DNA from: Candidatus Heimdallarchaeota archaeon
Lineage (GTDB): Archaea > Asgardarchaeota > Heimdallarchaeia > JABLTI01
DNA: 64,000 bases
Reading direction: 5' to 3'
Assembly: GCA_019058275.1 (NCBI GenBank)
Contig: JAHLVW010000053.1
Coordinates: 24,424-88,423, forward strand
Shown here: piece after piece, positions 28,676 to 38,331 of the stretch
How the letters are laid out: the number at the start of each line of letters is the position of its first letter
Position numbering within the stretch: position 1 is the stretch's first letter
Translations under genes and position numbers: made by a program
Notes under the pieces: generated by a model
What the model was told of the DNA's origin: nothing
The model's database searches: none
What the model saw: the letters and a program-made list of their open reading frames with translations, nothing else

Positions 28676-30112
28676 TTGAATACATTGAACTTGGCAATAA
28701 AAAATACTAGATTGTTAACTTTTAAGGGAGAAAATCTTGGTATAATTGATGATGGTGCAATTGGCATTGATGGATCTAAAATCTGCTTTATTGGTGAATC
28801 CAAGAATCTAGATCAAAAGAATTATGACAAAGTAATAGATGGGTCGAAGCACGTTATTATGCCTGGTCTAGTTAACGCTCACATTCATACAGTTTTAACT
28901 ATTCTGAGAGGAGGAGCTCAAGATTTACCAGAACTGCAATGGATGAATAAAGGGATAGGACCAATTTCAAAACATATGAAATCTGAAGATTTCATTGTAG
29001 GAGCAAAACTTGGTGTGTTAGAGGGATTAAAATCAGGCACAACAACTTTTGCTGAATATACAAGTAATGTTTCAATTTTAGTTGAAAAGGTATTCCTTCC
29101 ATTTAATGCTCGAGTTGTTGCTACTGAAACGATCAATGAAGTAAATAGAAATAGAGCTCATTTAAAACCAACAGATATTTATGAATTCGATAAAGAGAAA
29201 GGAGAAGCAGCTTTTAAGAGAGCAAATGAATTATTTGCCAAGTATCAAAACTCAGAGCTAGTTAATTGTATGTATGGACCTCAAGCAATAGATATGATTT
29301 CTTTAGATTTATTGTCTTCAATAAGAGAAGAAGCTATTGCTAGAAAAAGCAAAATATATGTCCATGTTGCTCAAGGTGGTAGAGAACGACTTCAAATTCA
29401 AGGTCGTTTTGGTAAAGATGCTTCTACAGTAAAAGTTCTTGATAAAAATAATTTATTAGATGAAAATTTGCTTGCAGCACACTGTCATGACACTAGTGAA
29501 GATGAAAGAGAGATTATGGTTAAGAAAGGAGTAAAAATGGTAGGATGTCCGAGTTCAATATGCATGATTGATGGAATAGTTCCACCGGTAGGTCATTTCA
29601 ATTCGTTAGGCGGAGATGTTGGTTTAGGTTCAGACCAAGCCCCTGGTCCAGGATTGCACAACATGTTTTGCGAAATGCGTACAATTAGTGTTCTTACAAA
29701 AGCTATGTTAAGAGATCCAACTGCATTGCCTGCATGGGAAGTTCTTAGAATTGCTACAGTTGGTGGAGCAAAAATCCTTGGTTTAGATAGTAAAATCGGC
29801 AGTTTAGAAGTTGGAAAGCAAGCAGATGTAATAATGGTTAACTTGAACAGTTTGAATCTTGCACCTGCAGTTCAAAAACCTTTTAGAAATTACATTCCAA
29901 ACCTTGTTTATTCATCAACTGGTTATGAAGTTGATAATGTAATAATCAATGGAAAGGAAATTATTGTAAACAAAAATTTCGTATCAATAAACCAAGAAGA
30001 GGTACTAAAAGAAGCTAATTTGAGAGCACAAAGAATTTTTGGAGATGCAACAGAAGATTGGACTAAAGCTGGTTCTCAATTAGTTAATTATGCAAAAAAG
30101 GGATTTCTTTAG
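28676..30112 (+). CDS. Amidohydrolase-family deaminase (MTA/SAH/guanine deaminase-like)
   Basis: PGLVNAHIHT metal-binding motif, HVAQ, AAHCHD and GLGSDQAPG. TTG start in the track. Confidence 0.8.
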   Translation: MNTLNLAIKNTRLLTFKGENLGIIDDGAIGIDGSKICFIGESKNLDQKNYDKVIDGSKHVIMPGLVNAHIHTVLTILRGGAQDLPELQWMNKGIGPISKHMKSEDFIVGAKLGVLEGLKSGTTTFAEYTSNVSILVEKVFLPFNARVVATETINEVNRNRAHLKPTDIYEFDKEKGEAAFKRANELFAKYQNSELVNCMYGPQAIDMISLDLLSSIREEAIARKSKIYVHVAQGGRERLQIQGRFGKDASTVKVLDKNNLLDENLLAAHCHDTSEDEREIMVKKGVKMVGCPSSICMIDGIVPPVGHFNSLGGDVGLGSDQAPGPGLHNMFCEMRTISVLTKAMLRDPTALPAWEVLRIATVGGAKILGLDSKIGSLEVGKQADVIMVNLNSLNLAPAVQKPFRNYIPNLVYSSTGYEVDNVIINGKEIIVNKNFVSINQEEVLKEANLRAQRIFGDATEDWTKAGSQLVNYAKKGFL

Positions 30113-30127
30113 AATAACTAATGATTA

Positions 30128-30619
30128 TTATGAAGTTAATTGTTCATTCTCATAATCCATAGTATACATACGACAAGTTTGTTCTCTTTGCTCTGCACGA
30201 ATTCTCATTATAAAATCATCTAAATTATCATACCAAGTCTTTGGTGGTTTTCCCTCTAAATCATCTTGATTTCTTCTTCTGGCTTCAAATCTAGATCTCA
30301 AATATTCACCAAAGGTCATTTCATATGGATCTAAATAAAATCGTTTCACAAAATACTGAAATGCGAGAATTTGGAAGAATGCTATTAAAACACCAAGTAG
30401 TATAAAAGGCCATAATTGGAAATACTTGACTAGTGTAAAATAAATTAGTACTGGAATTGATAACAGTGCAAGAACTAGAACAGGGATAGCTATTATTATG
30501 AATCCTATTTCAAAGAAATAGAAATTTTTCTCGTAGAATTTTTCTTGAGCAAAGAGCTTCCGAATATTTGTTTTCTTTTTCTTATCTTTTCGGAATCTAG
30601 CTGCTCGCATAGAATTCAT
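30128..30619 (-). CDS. Hypothetical membrane protein
   Basis: 163-aa ORF with a basic N-terminus, three hydrophobic helices and an acidic C-terminal tail. No family recognised. Confidence 0.45.
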   Translation of the reverse strand: MNSMRAARFRKDKKKKTNIRKLFAQEKFYEKNFYFFEIGFIIIAIPVLVLALLSIPVLIYFTLVKYFQLWPFILLGVLIAFFQILAFQYFVKRFYLDPYEMTFGEYLRSRFEARRRNQDDLEGKPPKTWYDNLDDFIMRIRAEQREQTCRMYTMDYENEQLTS

Positions 30620-30800
30620 AACTTTTGCATCCTTCTACTTAAACAATTAATAAAATAGTCAATCATCCTTTTTACTTTTATGATTTATACTATAAAATTT
30701 TATTCAATTCTGAAATAATATTCTAAGAAAGTGTTTTTGAAAGAAAAATATATATCAGTAACAGTTTAAGAAATGGTAGTTTAATTTAACTGCTTCAGAA

Positions 30801-31424
30801 ATGGAGAAACAAACATTGGACGAAAATAAAGATTCATTACCAATTATTAATTTTAAACTTCATCTTATACTATTCCTTGTAACTATATCTCGTTGGACAC
30901 CTTTCTACAACTTGCTATGTTTTTTGGGTTTAAACAAAATCGCTAACAAGTTTGTACCAGAAGGAGTGATTTCACCAAAGAATTCTGCAATAGGAAACTT
31001 CCTAATTGCTGCAACAATAATTGGAGCACCATTTGCTTTTTATCGTCGTTTCCAATTACTCAAAAACTATATTGAAACCGTAAATTCTCATTTGGATCCA
31101 TTACCTAAAATAAAAGATGAGAATGGTAAAGAAGTAGAACAAGAAAGACCAACTTGTTTGGAACCAAAGAAGTTTGTAGGTTTTGCAATAACAACTTTCT
31201 TGCTAATAGGTACACTTATTGCTTCTTTAACAATAGTAATCTATTACTTGGTGCAAAATTCATTACCAGATACTATTTGGGGAAATGGAGTATACATGAT
31301 CTTTGTACCAATAGGTATAGCTGCTCTCTTTACAGGATTTGCTTTTAGTGTTAGAATAACAAAAGAAGAACAAAAATGGGTTAAAGCATATAATTCATTA
31401 GTTTCTGAAATTTCAAAGAATTAA
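30801..31424 (+). CDS. Hypothetical membrane protein
   Basis: 207-aa ORF with about four hydrophobic helices. No family recognised. Confidence 0.45.
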   Translation: MEKQTLDENKDSLPIINFKLHLILFLVTISRWTPFYNLLCFLGLNKIANKFVPEGVISPKNSAIGNFLIAATIIGAPFAFYRRFQLLKNYIETVNSHLDPLPKIKDENGKEVEQERPTCLEPKKFVGFAITTFLLIGTLIASLTIVIYYLVQNSLPDTIWGNGVYMIFVPIGIAALFTGFAFSVRITKEEQKWVKAYNSLVSEISKN

Positions 31425-31533
31425 TAAAATTACAAATGTCTTTAATTGAAATTCAATTAAAGACCCGATATAATTTTCTTTTATCTACTATTAATCAAGC
31501 TGATTACATTTTAGCATTTGTTTTCCAAATACA

Positions 31534-32584
31534 TCAGGGTGAAAGACACTTTCTACAATCAATACATTCTGATGAGGATTGTCCTCGCTTCAACCTATTT
31601 GGAAAATCCTGCTCAATTATAAGTGGTTTGCTCATAGAGATGAGATCTGCTAGATTATTCGAAAGAATTGCTTCCATTGCAGTTTTATTTCTTATTCCAT
31701 CAACTAAAGCAAGTGGAACTGATGGAATACCCTTTCTAATCTTCTCAGCATGGCCTGCAAAATTCGCTTCATAGTAAGGAGAATTCTCATCAGGTTTTGC
31801 TCTAACCTTCCGAATAGATCTATCTTGTTTAGGACCACCTCCAGAAATCTCAATTAGATCTATGCCTTTCTCATCCAACCAAATAGCGATTTGTACAGAT
31901 TCACTAATTGTGATCCCTCCATGAGAAGCAAAGTCATCACAATTCATTTTTATAGCTATTATTGGTCCATTCCCAATTCGTTTCTTTATTGCTTTAAATA
32001 CATCAAACAATAACCTTGCTCGATTTTCTATTGTACCACCATAATCATCTGTTCTTTTGTTTACATTATCTGAAAGGAATTGACTCAATAGATAACCATG
32101 AGCACCATGTATTTGCACTCCATCAAAATCCGCTTGTATAGCCAATTCAGCTGCATTTGCAAAACTATCTATAACCAGTTCAATATCATCAATTGTTGCT
32201 TCCCTGGCTTGCAAATTGTCTATTTCATATGTTGATGCAGTCATTCGATTAGCTTTACTATTATAACCTGCATGATTGATTTGAGCTATGATGGGAACTT
32301 CATGAGAATGAACAATTTTTGTTAATTCTTTCATTTTTGGGATGTGGTTTTCATTCGTTAAACCAGATTGACCTGTGTGCGCTTTACCACTTTCGATAAC
32401 ATAAGAATGCCCCTTTAATAAAACCTAATCCACCTGCTACTAATTTCTCATAATAATCTAGTATAGGTTGTCGTAAAACACCAGCCTCATCAGACCAGTA
32501 AGAAGTAGTTGCAGATCTGATTAAACGATTTTTTAATTCAAAATTTTTTAAATTAAATGGAGTGAATATTTTTGACAAAGGCAA
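31534..32584 (-). pseudogene. Old Yellow Enzyme-family NADH:flavin oxidoreductase, single frameshift
   Basis: The N-terminal piece (FTPFNLKNFELKNRLIRSA..LVAGGLGFI) and the C-terminal piece (AQINHAGYN, VQIHGAHGYLLSQFLS) are in different frames. They join if 1 nt is removed at the AAAGGGG run (plus-strand CCCC at 32410-32413). Confidence 0.75.
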
Positions 32585-32685
32585 ACCTCAAAAGAGCTTC
32601 TAAACGCTTAATCTTAAAACCTTCGATTAACAAATAATGTAATAAGAGATAGAATTAGGCGATTTATGAATAAAGTAAATTCAAT

Positions 32686-32979
32686 TTAAGCACAAATGGG
32701 GCAATCTTTGCATTTTTCTTCTCGATTATCCCAGCATTTCTGACAGATTAGCAAGTCACATTGTTCACAACGATGGAATTTTCCATCCATGTCTTTTTTT
32801 AATTCATCAAAGATTTCATGAAAAGATTTTTCTAATTTAGCTATTTTTTCTTTTAATTTACGAGAGACTTTGACTTCATTACCACAACAGTCACAGAAGA
32901 AATTTAGTGTCATTTCACCGCTTTTTACTTGGTAGTTAAAACCTGTAGGGAGCTTTAAATCGATTGTTTCTTTGGTCAT
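32686..32979 (-). CDS. Small Cys-rich zinc-ribbon protein
   Basis: 97 aa with CDCC..., CEQCDLLICQKC and CKDCPIC clusters. Confidence 0.55.
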   Translation of the reverse strand: MTKETIDLKLPTGFNYQVKSGEMTLNFFCDCCGNEVKVSRKLKEKIAKLEKSFHEIFDELKKDMDGKFHRCEQCDLLICQKCWDNREEKCKDCPICA

Positions 32980-33170
32980 GATTTGTTCAACTTTTTGCTA
33001 TCATTCATTTTATCTTGTTATTAATTTCAATGTACCATGTAAGTGGTTTTTTTAAAACATAATGCTTTAGTTTCTAAAATCCTAAGACTAAATACATTAT
33101 CAAATTTTTATTACTTGATAAACGGAATTGCCAAAAATCTTTTGATTTAGCATTTTAAGTGGTAATTGAA

Positions 33171-33599
33171 ATGTCTGAGAAAATCCTTGATTTAATATGG
33201 TCAATGGATATCGAAAAAATGAATGACCACCTTCCTACTGAGAAGAAATCATTGAAATCACTACTTGCAGACGAGAAGCTTTTGATTAAAACTAAATCGA
33301 AAAGATTACACAAAATTAAGAGAAAAGACCTCGAGATAATTAGCAAATTAATTCCTGAAGAAGAATGGGAGAATCTCAAACTACCAATTATTATTTTGAG
33401 AAGAACTAGTTTAGATAAAGGAATTTACTCTATATCAGGTGGTTTAAGAGAATTATATATTGTTCACCGGATAATAGGTAAAACAAAAGACGAATTTAGT
33501 AAATTTATTTTGGAGGAACATAAACCCTATATTTGGAAACCTGAAGCATTTACTGCAGTCCGGAAAATCGGTTCCTGTGTTATAATAGGATTTACCTAA
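33171..33599 (+). CDS. UPF0216/DUF61-like archaeal protein
   Basis: MSEKILD...MNDHLPTEKKSLKSLL...ISKLIPEEEWENLKLPIIILR resembles the archaeal UPF0216 family as I remember it. The track starts at GTG 33159; ATG 33171 is more likely. Confidence 0.5.
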   Translation: MSEKILDLIWSMDIEKMNDHLPTEKKSLKSLLADEKLLIKTKSKRLHKIKRKDLEIISKLIPEEEWENLKLPIIILRRTSLDKGIYSISGGLRELYIVHRIIGKTKDEFSKFILEEHKPYIWKPEAFTAVRKIGSCVIIGFT

Positions 33600-33629
33600 A
33601 TGAATAGAGGAATTTTGGAAGAATAAGAG

Positions 33630-34964
33630 ATGGATGAAACAATCATAAATGAAACAATAACATTACTTCAAGAACTTATAAGAAATGAATGTGTTAACCC
33701 TCCTGGTAATGAACTTAGAAGTATTAAAACTATAGAGGAATTTCTAAAGAAGAAAGGTGTTAAATGTGAGGTTTATGAATCAGCACCAAATAGAGGAAAT
33801 CTAATAGCAAAAATAAAAGGAACAAAGAAAAGTCCTTCCTTAATGTTCGGACCATCTCATGTTGATGTAGTTCCTGTTGAAAAACCCGATGAATGGATAG
33901 TTTCGCCTTTTTCAGGTGAAATAAAGGATGGTTATATATGGGGCAGGGGAGCATTCGATATGCTATTTATTGTAGCAGCTCAATGTCAAGCATTTGCTAT
34001 GCTTCATAATGAGAAATTCAAACCAAAAGGAGATCTAGTATTAGCTATTGTTGCTGATGAAGAAGCAGGTGGTAATTTTGGATGTAAATGGATGATTGAT
34101 AACCATCCTGAAGAAATGAAAATAGAAAATGCTGTTTCTGAATTTGGTGGATTTGAAATATCTGAAAATAAACTCATTTTACCTTATTGAGAAAAAGGAG
34201 TTGTTGGAATTCATTTGACTTTCAAAGGTGAAAGTGGTCATGCTTCAATGCCTTTTGGTAAAGATAATTCTATTGAAAAAATGTCTGAAGCAATAATTCG
34301 AATTAACAAATACAAGATGCCATATACTATTAAATTCCTAAAGCACCTAGCTAAAGGTTTAGGAGTTGGCTTCTTTCAATGAATGTTAATAACAAGGAAA
34401 ATGTTCTTCCCTCTTGCTTTGAAAATCTTGAGTAAAACTACACCATCAATGGCAACGCCTTTACACAGTATGAGTAGAACTACATTTGCAACAACTATAG
34501 TTAAAGGTGGTCAAAAAATAAATGTTTTACCTTGTTCTAGTAGAGTAGATATTGACTGTAGATTATTACCTGGACAAGATTTCAATTATGCTGAAAAGCA
34601 CATAAAAAAAGCACTTGGTAAGAAATTAACCAAAGAAGTTGAAATTACTCTTCTTAAAGATTCATTAGCTAATATTGGATCCGCAAGTCCATTAAATACA
34701 GAGTTTGTCGATGCGATAAAACGTACATTTCAGAAGCTTATACCAAATAGCTCAGTTGTTCCGGTAATAGCTTATGGTGCAACAGATCTTAGATATATTA
34801 GACAAAATGGTGGAAATGGTTATGGTTTCAGTTTAGTTGAACCAAAAACTCCAGCAGTAGAAATTTCTGAAATGGCACATAATGTAAATGAAAGAGTAAG
34901 AATAAAATCTGTTGAATTAACAATAAAAGCAATGTATGAACTAGCAAAAGAGTATCTTAGTTAA
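33630..34964 (+). pseudogene. M20-family metallopeptidase/deacylase (ArgE/DapE/CPG2-like) interrupted by two in-frame TGA codons
   Basis: SHVDVVP, GRGAFDM, ADEEAGG, EKGVVGIHLTFKGESGHASMP and a C-terminal AHNVNERV. One reading frame throughout, with TGA at 34188-34190 and 34380-34382. Confidence 0.75.
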
Positions 34965-34968
34965 GGTT

Positions 34969-37389
34969 TCATGGAAATTTCTGACCAGATTTTTCCAGTC
35001 TGGTTTTAACCAAGCTAATCAGGAAATCATATAGAAATTGAATTTCCTCTTCATCTAATTCTAAAAAGCTAAAAATAATTCTATCAAATGATATTCTATC
35101 ATGAGATTGGCATTCATCGAAAATGGATTTTATATCACGGTTGAGTAGTGGCTTAAAACTCTTCCAAATTTCCTCTTTAAGATTTTCATTCATAAGTTTT
35201 AGATCTATCACTAATAATTGCTCATATTCATACTTTGCATATTGCAATGCTCCCTTCCCTAATGAAATCCGTCCAAATAATTCTAGCATTAAGTAGACTA
35301 TTGTGCTGTTGAGCAATGCAATTATGAGCTCTTTATATGCGCGATAATCGTCATTTAAGATCACACCATAAAATGTTTGATCTACGACAATTAATTCATT
35401 TGCATAAGTGAAAAAGTATCTTCTATCAAAAAATCTATTGCAGAAAATATCTGCTGATTGAACCTTTCTAACAGAATACCAATATGGTTTATTGTTTTGA
35501 ACAGAGGGAACTTTAAACCAAGGAATGCCAACAAATGATTGTTGTTTGGGACTCGTTTCTTGTTTTTCTCCCCAATGAATGTATCTTAAAGCATTAGATT
35601 TTTTATTCTTTTGTAATTCGTTTTTAGATTCTGAGCAGAGAAATAATTTCTTCTCCAATTTCTTAGGAGCAATAAATATTCTATTAATTTTCTTTGGGCT
35701 TTTTAGTACAGGTATCAAAAATTCCTCTTCAATCTTGAAATGATCTAATTTTTCTTTATCAAGATAAAAGAATTCATTTATGCCAGTCTTTACAGAATAT
35801 CGTACCTTTCCAAGTTTTGCTAATGGAACTAATTTATCTTCAATTTTTTTGATTATTTTAAGGATTTTAGGTGTGACTTTGAAGAACTTTGCACTCCATT
35901 TATCTCGCAAAACACTTCTTTCTTGTTTATAATCAGTAATAAGCTGATTTTGTTTGATTGTTCTTACAATAACATGATCATTTTCAAAATCAGACTTGGA
36001 TATATGTATTTTCTGAAGACTATTATCAGACAATTGAAAAGTGAAAGGATGTTTTAGTGTAACGAATCGTACTACTGATGTAGCAATTGCTTTGACATCT
36101 AATGGTTTAACAATTATAGTAACTGCTACATTAACACTTGCTGAGAATAGTTTTCTTGTTAGGTTTATGATGACCGTTTCTAACAGGAAGTGTTTTGTAA
36201 GAATCTCCTTAAAACCTTCACCAAATTTCACATCTAGCCATGAATTGGATGATATAAAACATAAAACTCCTCCCTTCTTCAACAGGCTAATTCCTTTATA
36301 GAAGAAATAAATGTAGAAATCACTTTTCAAGCTCTTTGGCAAAGATACTTTCTGATCAAAAGACTTCTCCAGATTTTTCATAATATCTGTTTTAAAATTA
36401 AATGTTGAATCAATTTGCCCATTTTGTTTTACAAATTGTTCTTGTCTAATAAATGGAGGATTTCCTATAATAATTTCAAATGTTTTAGGAAAATTAGCTA
36501 TAGTTTCTAAGGAGTTTAATATTGCATTTCTACTATAGAGATTAAATTGATTGCACTCAGAGAAGTATTTACTTTCTTTTAATGTAAAATATGTTTTAAT
36601 AAAATTTAATCTCAATTTACATATTGATAAAGCCTCAGAATTTATGTCCAAACCATAAAGATTTTCGGAAATTATCCTTTCTATCAGCTCTTCATCTTGA
36701 ATTTGATTGACCAAAAGATGATTCAACATTGAATTTATATCTCTTAAAAGCAAAAACATCCCAATGATAAACGCACCAGAACCACAAGCAGGATCAAGAA
36801 TATTAATCTCATTCAAACAATTTCTTATGGAATTCAATTCAGTAATTGTTATATCAAGTTTACTATTACCATCACCTCTAATGAAATCAATTATCTTTTC
36901 AGGTAAAATTGGTGTATTTTTAATTAAATAGTGAATTAATGCTTCTTTGCACATGAAATTCACTTCATCAGGAGATGTGAAAAAAATGCCACCCTTCTGT
37001 TTAGCAGAGCTTTTTAATGAGTTTTCAAATAATAAGGAAAAGATAAATGGAGAGATATTCTTTTGCAAGTTTTCTTCAAAGTAAGTAAAAGAATATTTTG
37101 ATATCAGCTTTTCTAAAATATAATTATAGAAATTTTTTTTCAGATAGTGAAATGAATCTTTATTCTTGTTTTCAGATTGTAGAAAGTCAATATCATTACT
37201 TGTATCAAATAAAGAGATAAACGATTTGTAAAGAATTTCTTTGACTAGAGCATACATATTTTCCTGATGTGTTGACAATGAAATGTTCTGTGATTCAGGA
37301 ATTTGATTAAAAACTTCATTAGAAATCACATTATAATCTCTTAAAAAATTTGTAAAAATGTTAATTTCATGGCTTATGATTCCACTCAT
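34969..37389 (-). CDS. Eco57I/type IIG-like N6-adenine DNA methyltransferase (no recognisable nuclease domain)
   Basis: FFTSPDEV (xxTP), motif I ILDPACGSGAFI, motif IV IIGNPPFIRQEQ, and a long C-terminal TRD-like region. 806 aa. Confidence 0.85.
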   Translation of the reverse strand: MSGIISHEINIFTNFLRDYNVISNEVFNQIPESQNISLSTHQENMYALVKEILYKSFISLFDTSNDIDFLQSENKNKDSFHYLKKNFYNYILEKLISKYSFTYFEENLQKNISPFIFSLLFENSLKSSAKQKGGIFFTSPDEVNFMCKEALIHYLIKNTPILPEKIIDFIRGDGNSKLDITITELNSIRNCLNEINILDPACGSGAFIIGMFLLLRDINSMLNHLLVNQIQDEELIERIISENLYGLDINSEALSICKLRLNFIKTYFTLKESKYFSECNQFNLYSRNAILNSLETIANFPKTFEIIIGNPPFIRQEQFVKQNGQIDSTFNFKTDIMKNLEKSFDQKVSLPKSLKSDFYIYFFYKGISLLKKGGVLCFISSNSWLDVKFGEGFKEILTKHFLLETVIINLTRKLFSASVNVAVTIIVKPLDVKAIATSVVRFVTLKHPFTFQLSDNSLQKIHISKSDFENDHVIVRTIKQNQLITDYKQERSVLRDKWSAKFFKVTPKILKIIKKIEDKLVPLAKLGKVRYSVKTGINEFFYLDKEKLDHFKIEEEFLIPVLKSPKKINRIFIAPKKLEKKLFLCSESKNELQKNKKSNALRYIHWGEKQETSPKQQSFVGIPWFKVPSVQNNKPYWYSVRKVQSADIFCNRFFDRRYFFTYANELIVVDQTFYGVILNDDYRAYKELIIALLNSTIVYLMLELFGRISLGKGALQYAKYEYEQLLVIDLKLMNENLKEEIWKSFKPLLNRDIKSIFDECQSHDRISFDRIIFSFLELDEEEIQFLYDFLISLVKTRLEKSGQKFP

Positions 37390-37543
37390 CTCAATTACAC
37401 AATGAAAGTAAAATTTCTTTATTTTTATTATTTCTGTAGATGATTTACTTTTATTTGAAAATCAACAATTTTGTAAAGCTTTTTTAATTTAATTGACTGA
37501 ATAATAATTAGAATTTAATATTGAGGATTATATTCTAGGAGCA

Positions 37544-38320
37544 TTGCTGAGAAGGATGAAATGGAGAACTAGCTATAAAAAGTATAAAAGATATTCCGTT
37601 AACTATCTAATTTTCATCATAATAGGATTAGTGCACTTTACTAATGTCAATCCAATAAATACTAGTAATAAAGTCGTCTTAAATGCAATAATTAAAAATG
37701 AGAATCAGAGTACTATTTTAATTAAAAATGATGGTAATAGTACCGTAGATGCCGGAAATAATATTACGAATGCCATGTCTATAAACTTTGGAACCTATAT
37801 TTGTACTATGCCTGATGGAGATTCTAATGATTTCTATAGGATAGATATTCCAATAGAAGCTCAAATAACAATTGAAATAGCAGGTGAAAGTGATACAAAT
37901 TTCGATCTATTTTTATACAATCCATTTCAAACAATAATAGCTAATAGCTTAAATGATTATTCAATTGAGTATTTATCTATGTATATAACTGATCCAGGAA
38001 CATATTATATCCAAATTCTAAAAATAAGTGGTTCTGGCATTTATTATTTAGCTACTAGTTCAGATATACCAGAAACATATACTGAACCTACTACTACTGA
38101 AAATCCAGATAATACACTAGTAAATTGGTTAGTTCCAACAACACTAGTTACTGTTCTATTAATTGGAATTTTAGTTGGTATTATACAGGTGAGTAAAAGA
38201 GCAAAGGAAAAGAAGAAGGTAAAAATAGTTTATACAAAATCAGAGAAGACTAAATTTAAAGAAGAGCTTCAAGAGAATGACCTACAAGGATATTCATTTG
38301 GATATGAAAAAGAGAGTTAG
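37544..38320 (+). CDS. Type-I membrane protein with extracellular PPC (pre-peptidase C-terminal) domain, paralogue 1
   Basis: Signal/anchor helix, DAGNNITNAM...DGDSNDFYRIDI...TNFDLFLYNP...GTYYIQI, a Thr/Pro linker, a TM helix, a Lys-rich tail and C-terminal QGYSFGYEKES. Alternative start at ATG 37556. Confidence 0.7.
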   Translation: MLRRMKWRTSYKKYKRYSVNYLIFIIIGLVHFTNVNPINTSNKVVLNAIIKNENQSTILIKNDGNSTVDAGNNITNAMSINFGTYICTMPDGDSNDFYRIDIPIEAQITIEIAGESDTNFDLFLYNPFQTIIANSLNDYSIEYLSMYITDPGTYYIQILKISGSGIYYLATSSDIPETYTEPTTTENPDNTLVNWLVPTTLVTVLLIGILVGIIQVSKRAKEKKKVKIVYTKSEKTKFKEELQENDLQGYSFGYEKES

Positions 38321-38331
38321 ATAGTGGTATT

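Noticed and set aside
34188-34382. Selenocysteine (TGA) or pyrrolysine (TAG) recoding, or a reassigned genetic code, as the explanation for the in-frame stops (also at 49691, 50703, 57396, 58487 and 58532)
   Set aside because: All three stop codons are involved. TGA, TAA and TAG also terminate the intact genes at family-typical lengths (Sir2 and the TIM-barrel gene end in TGA). The positions are loop or structural residues (Trp, Gly by paralogue comparison), not redox-active Cys sites. I could not run a SECIS search, so gene-specific read-through is not formally excluded.
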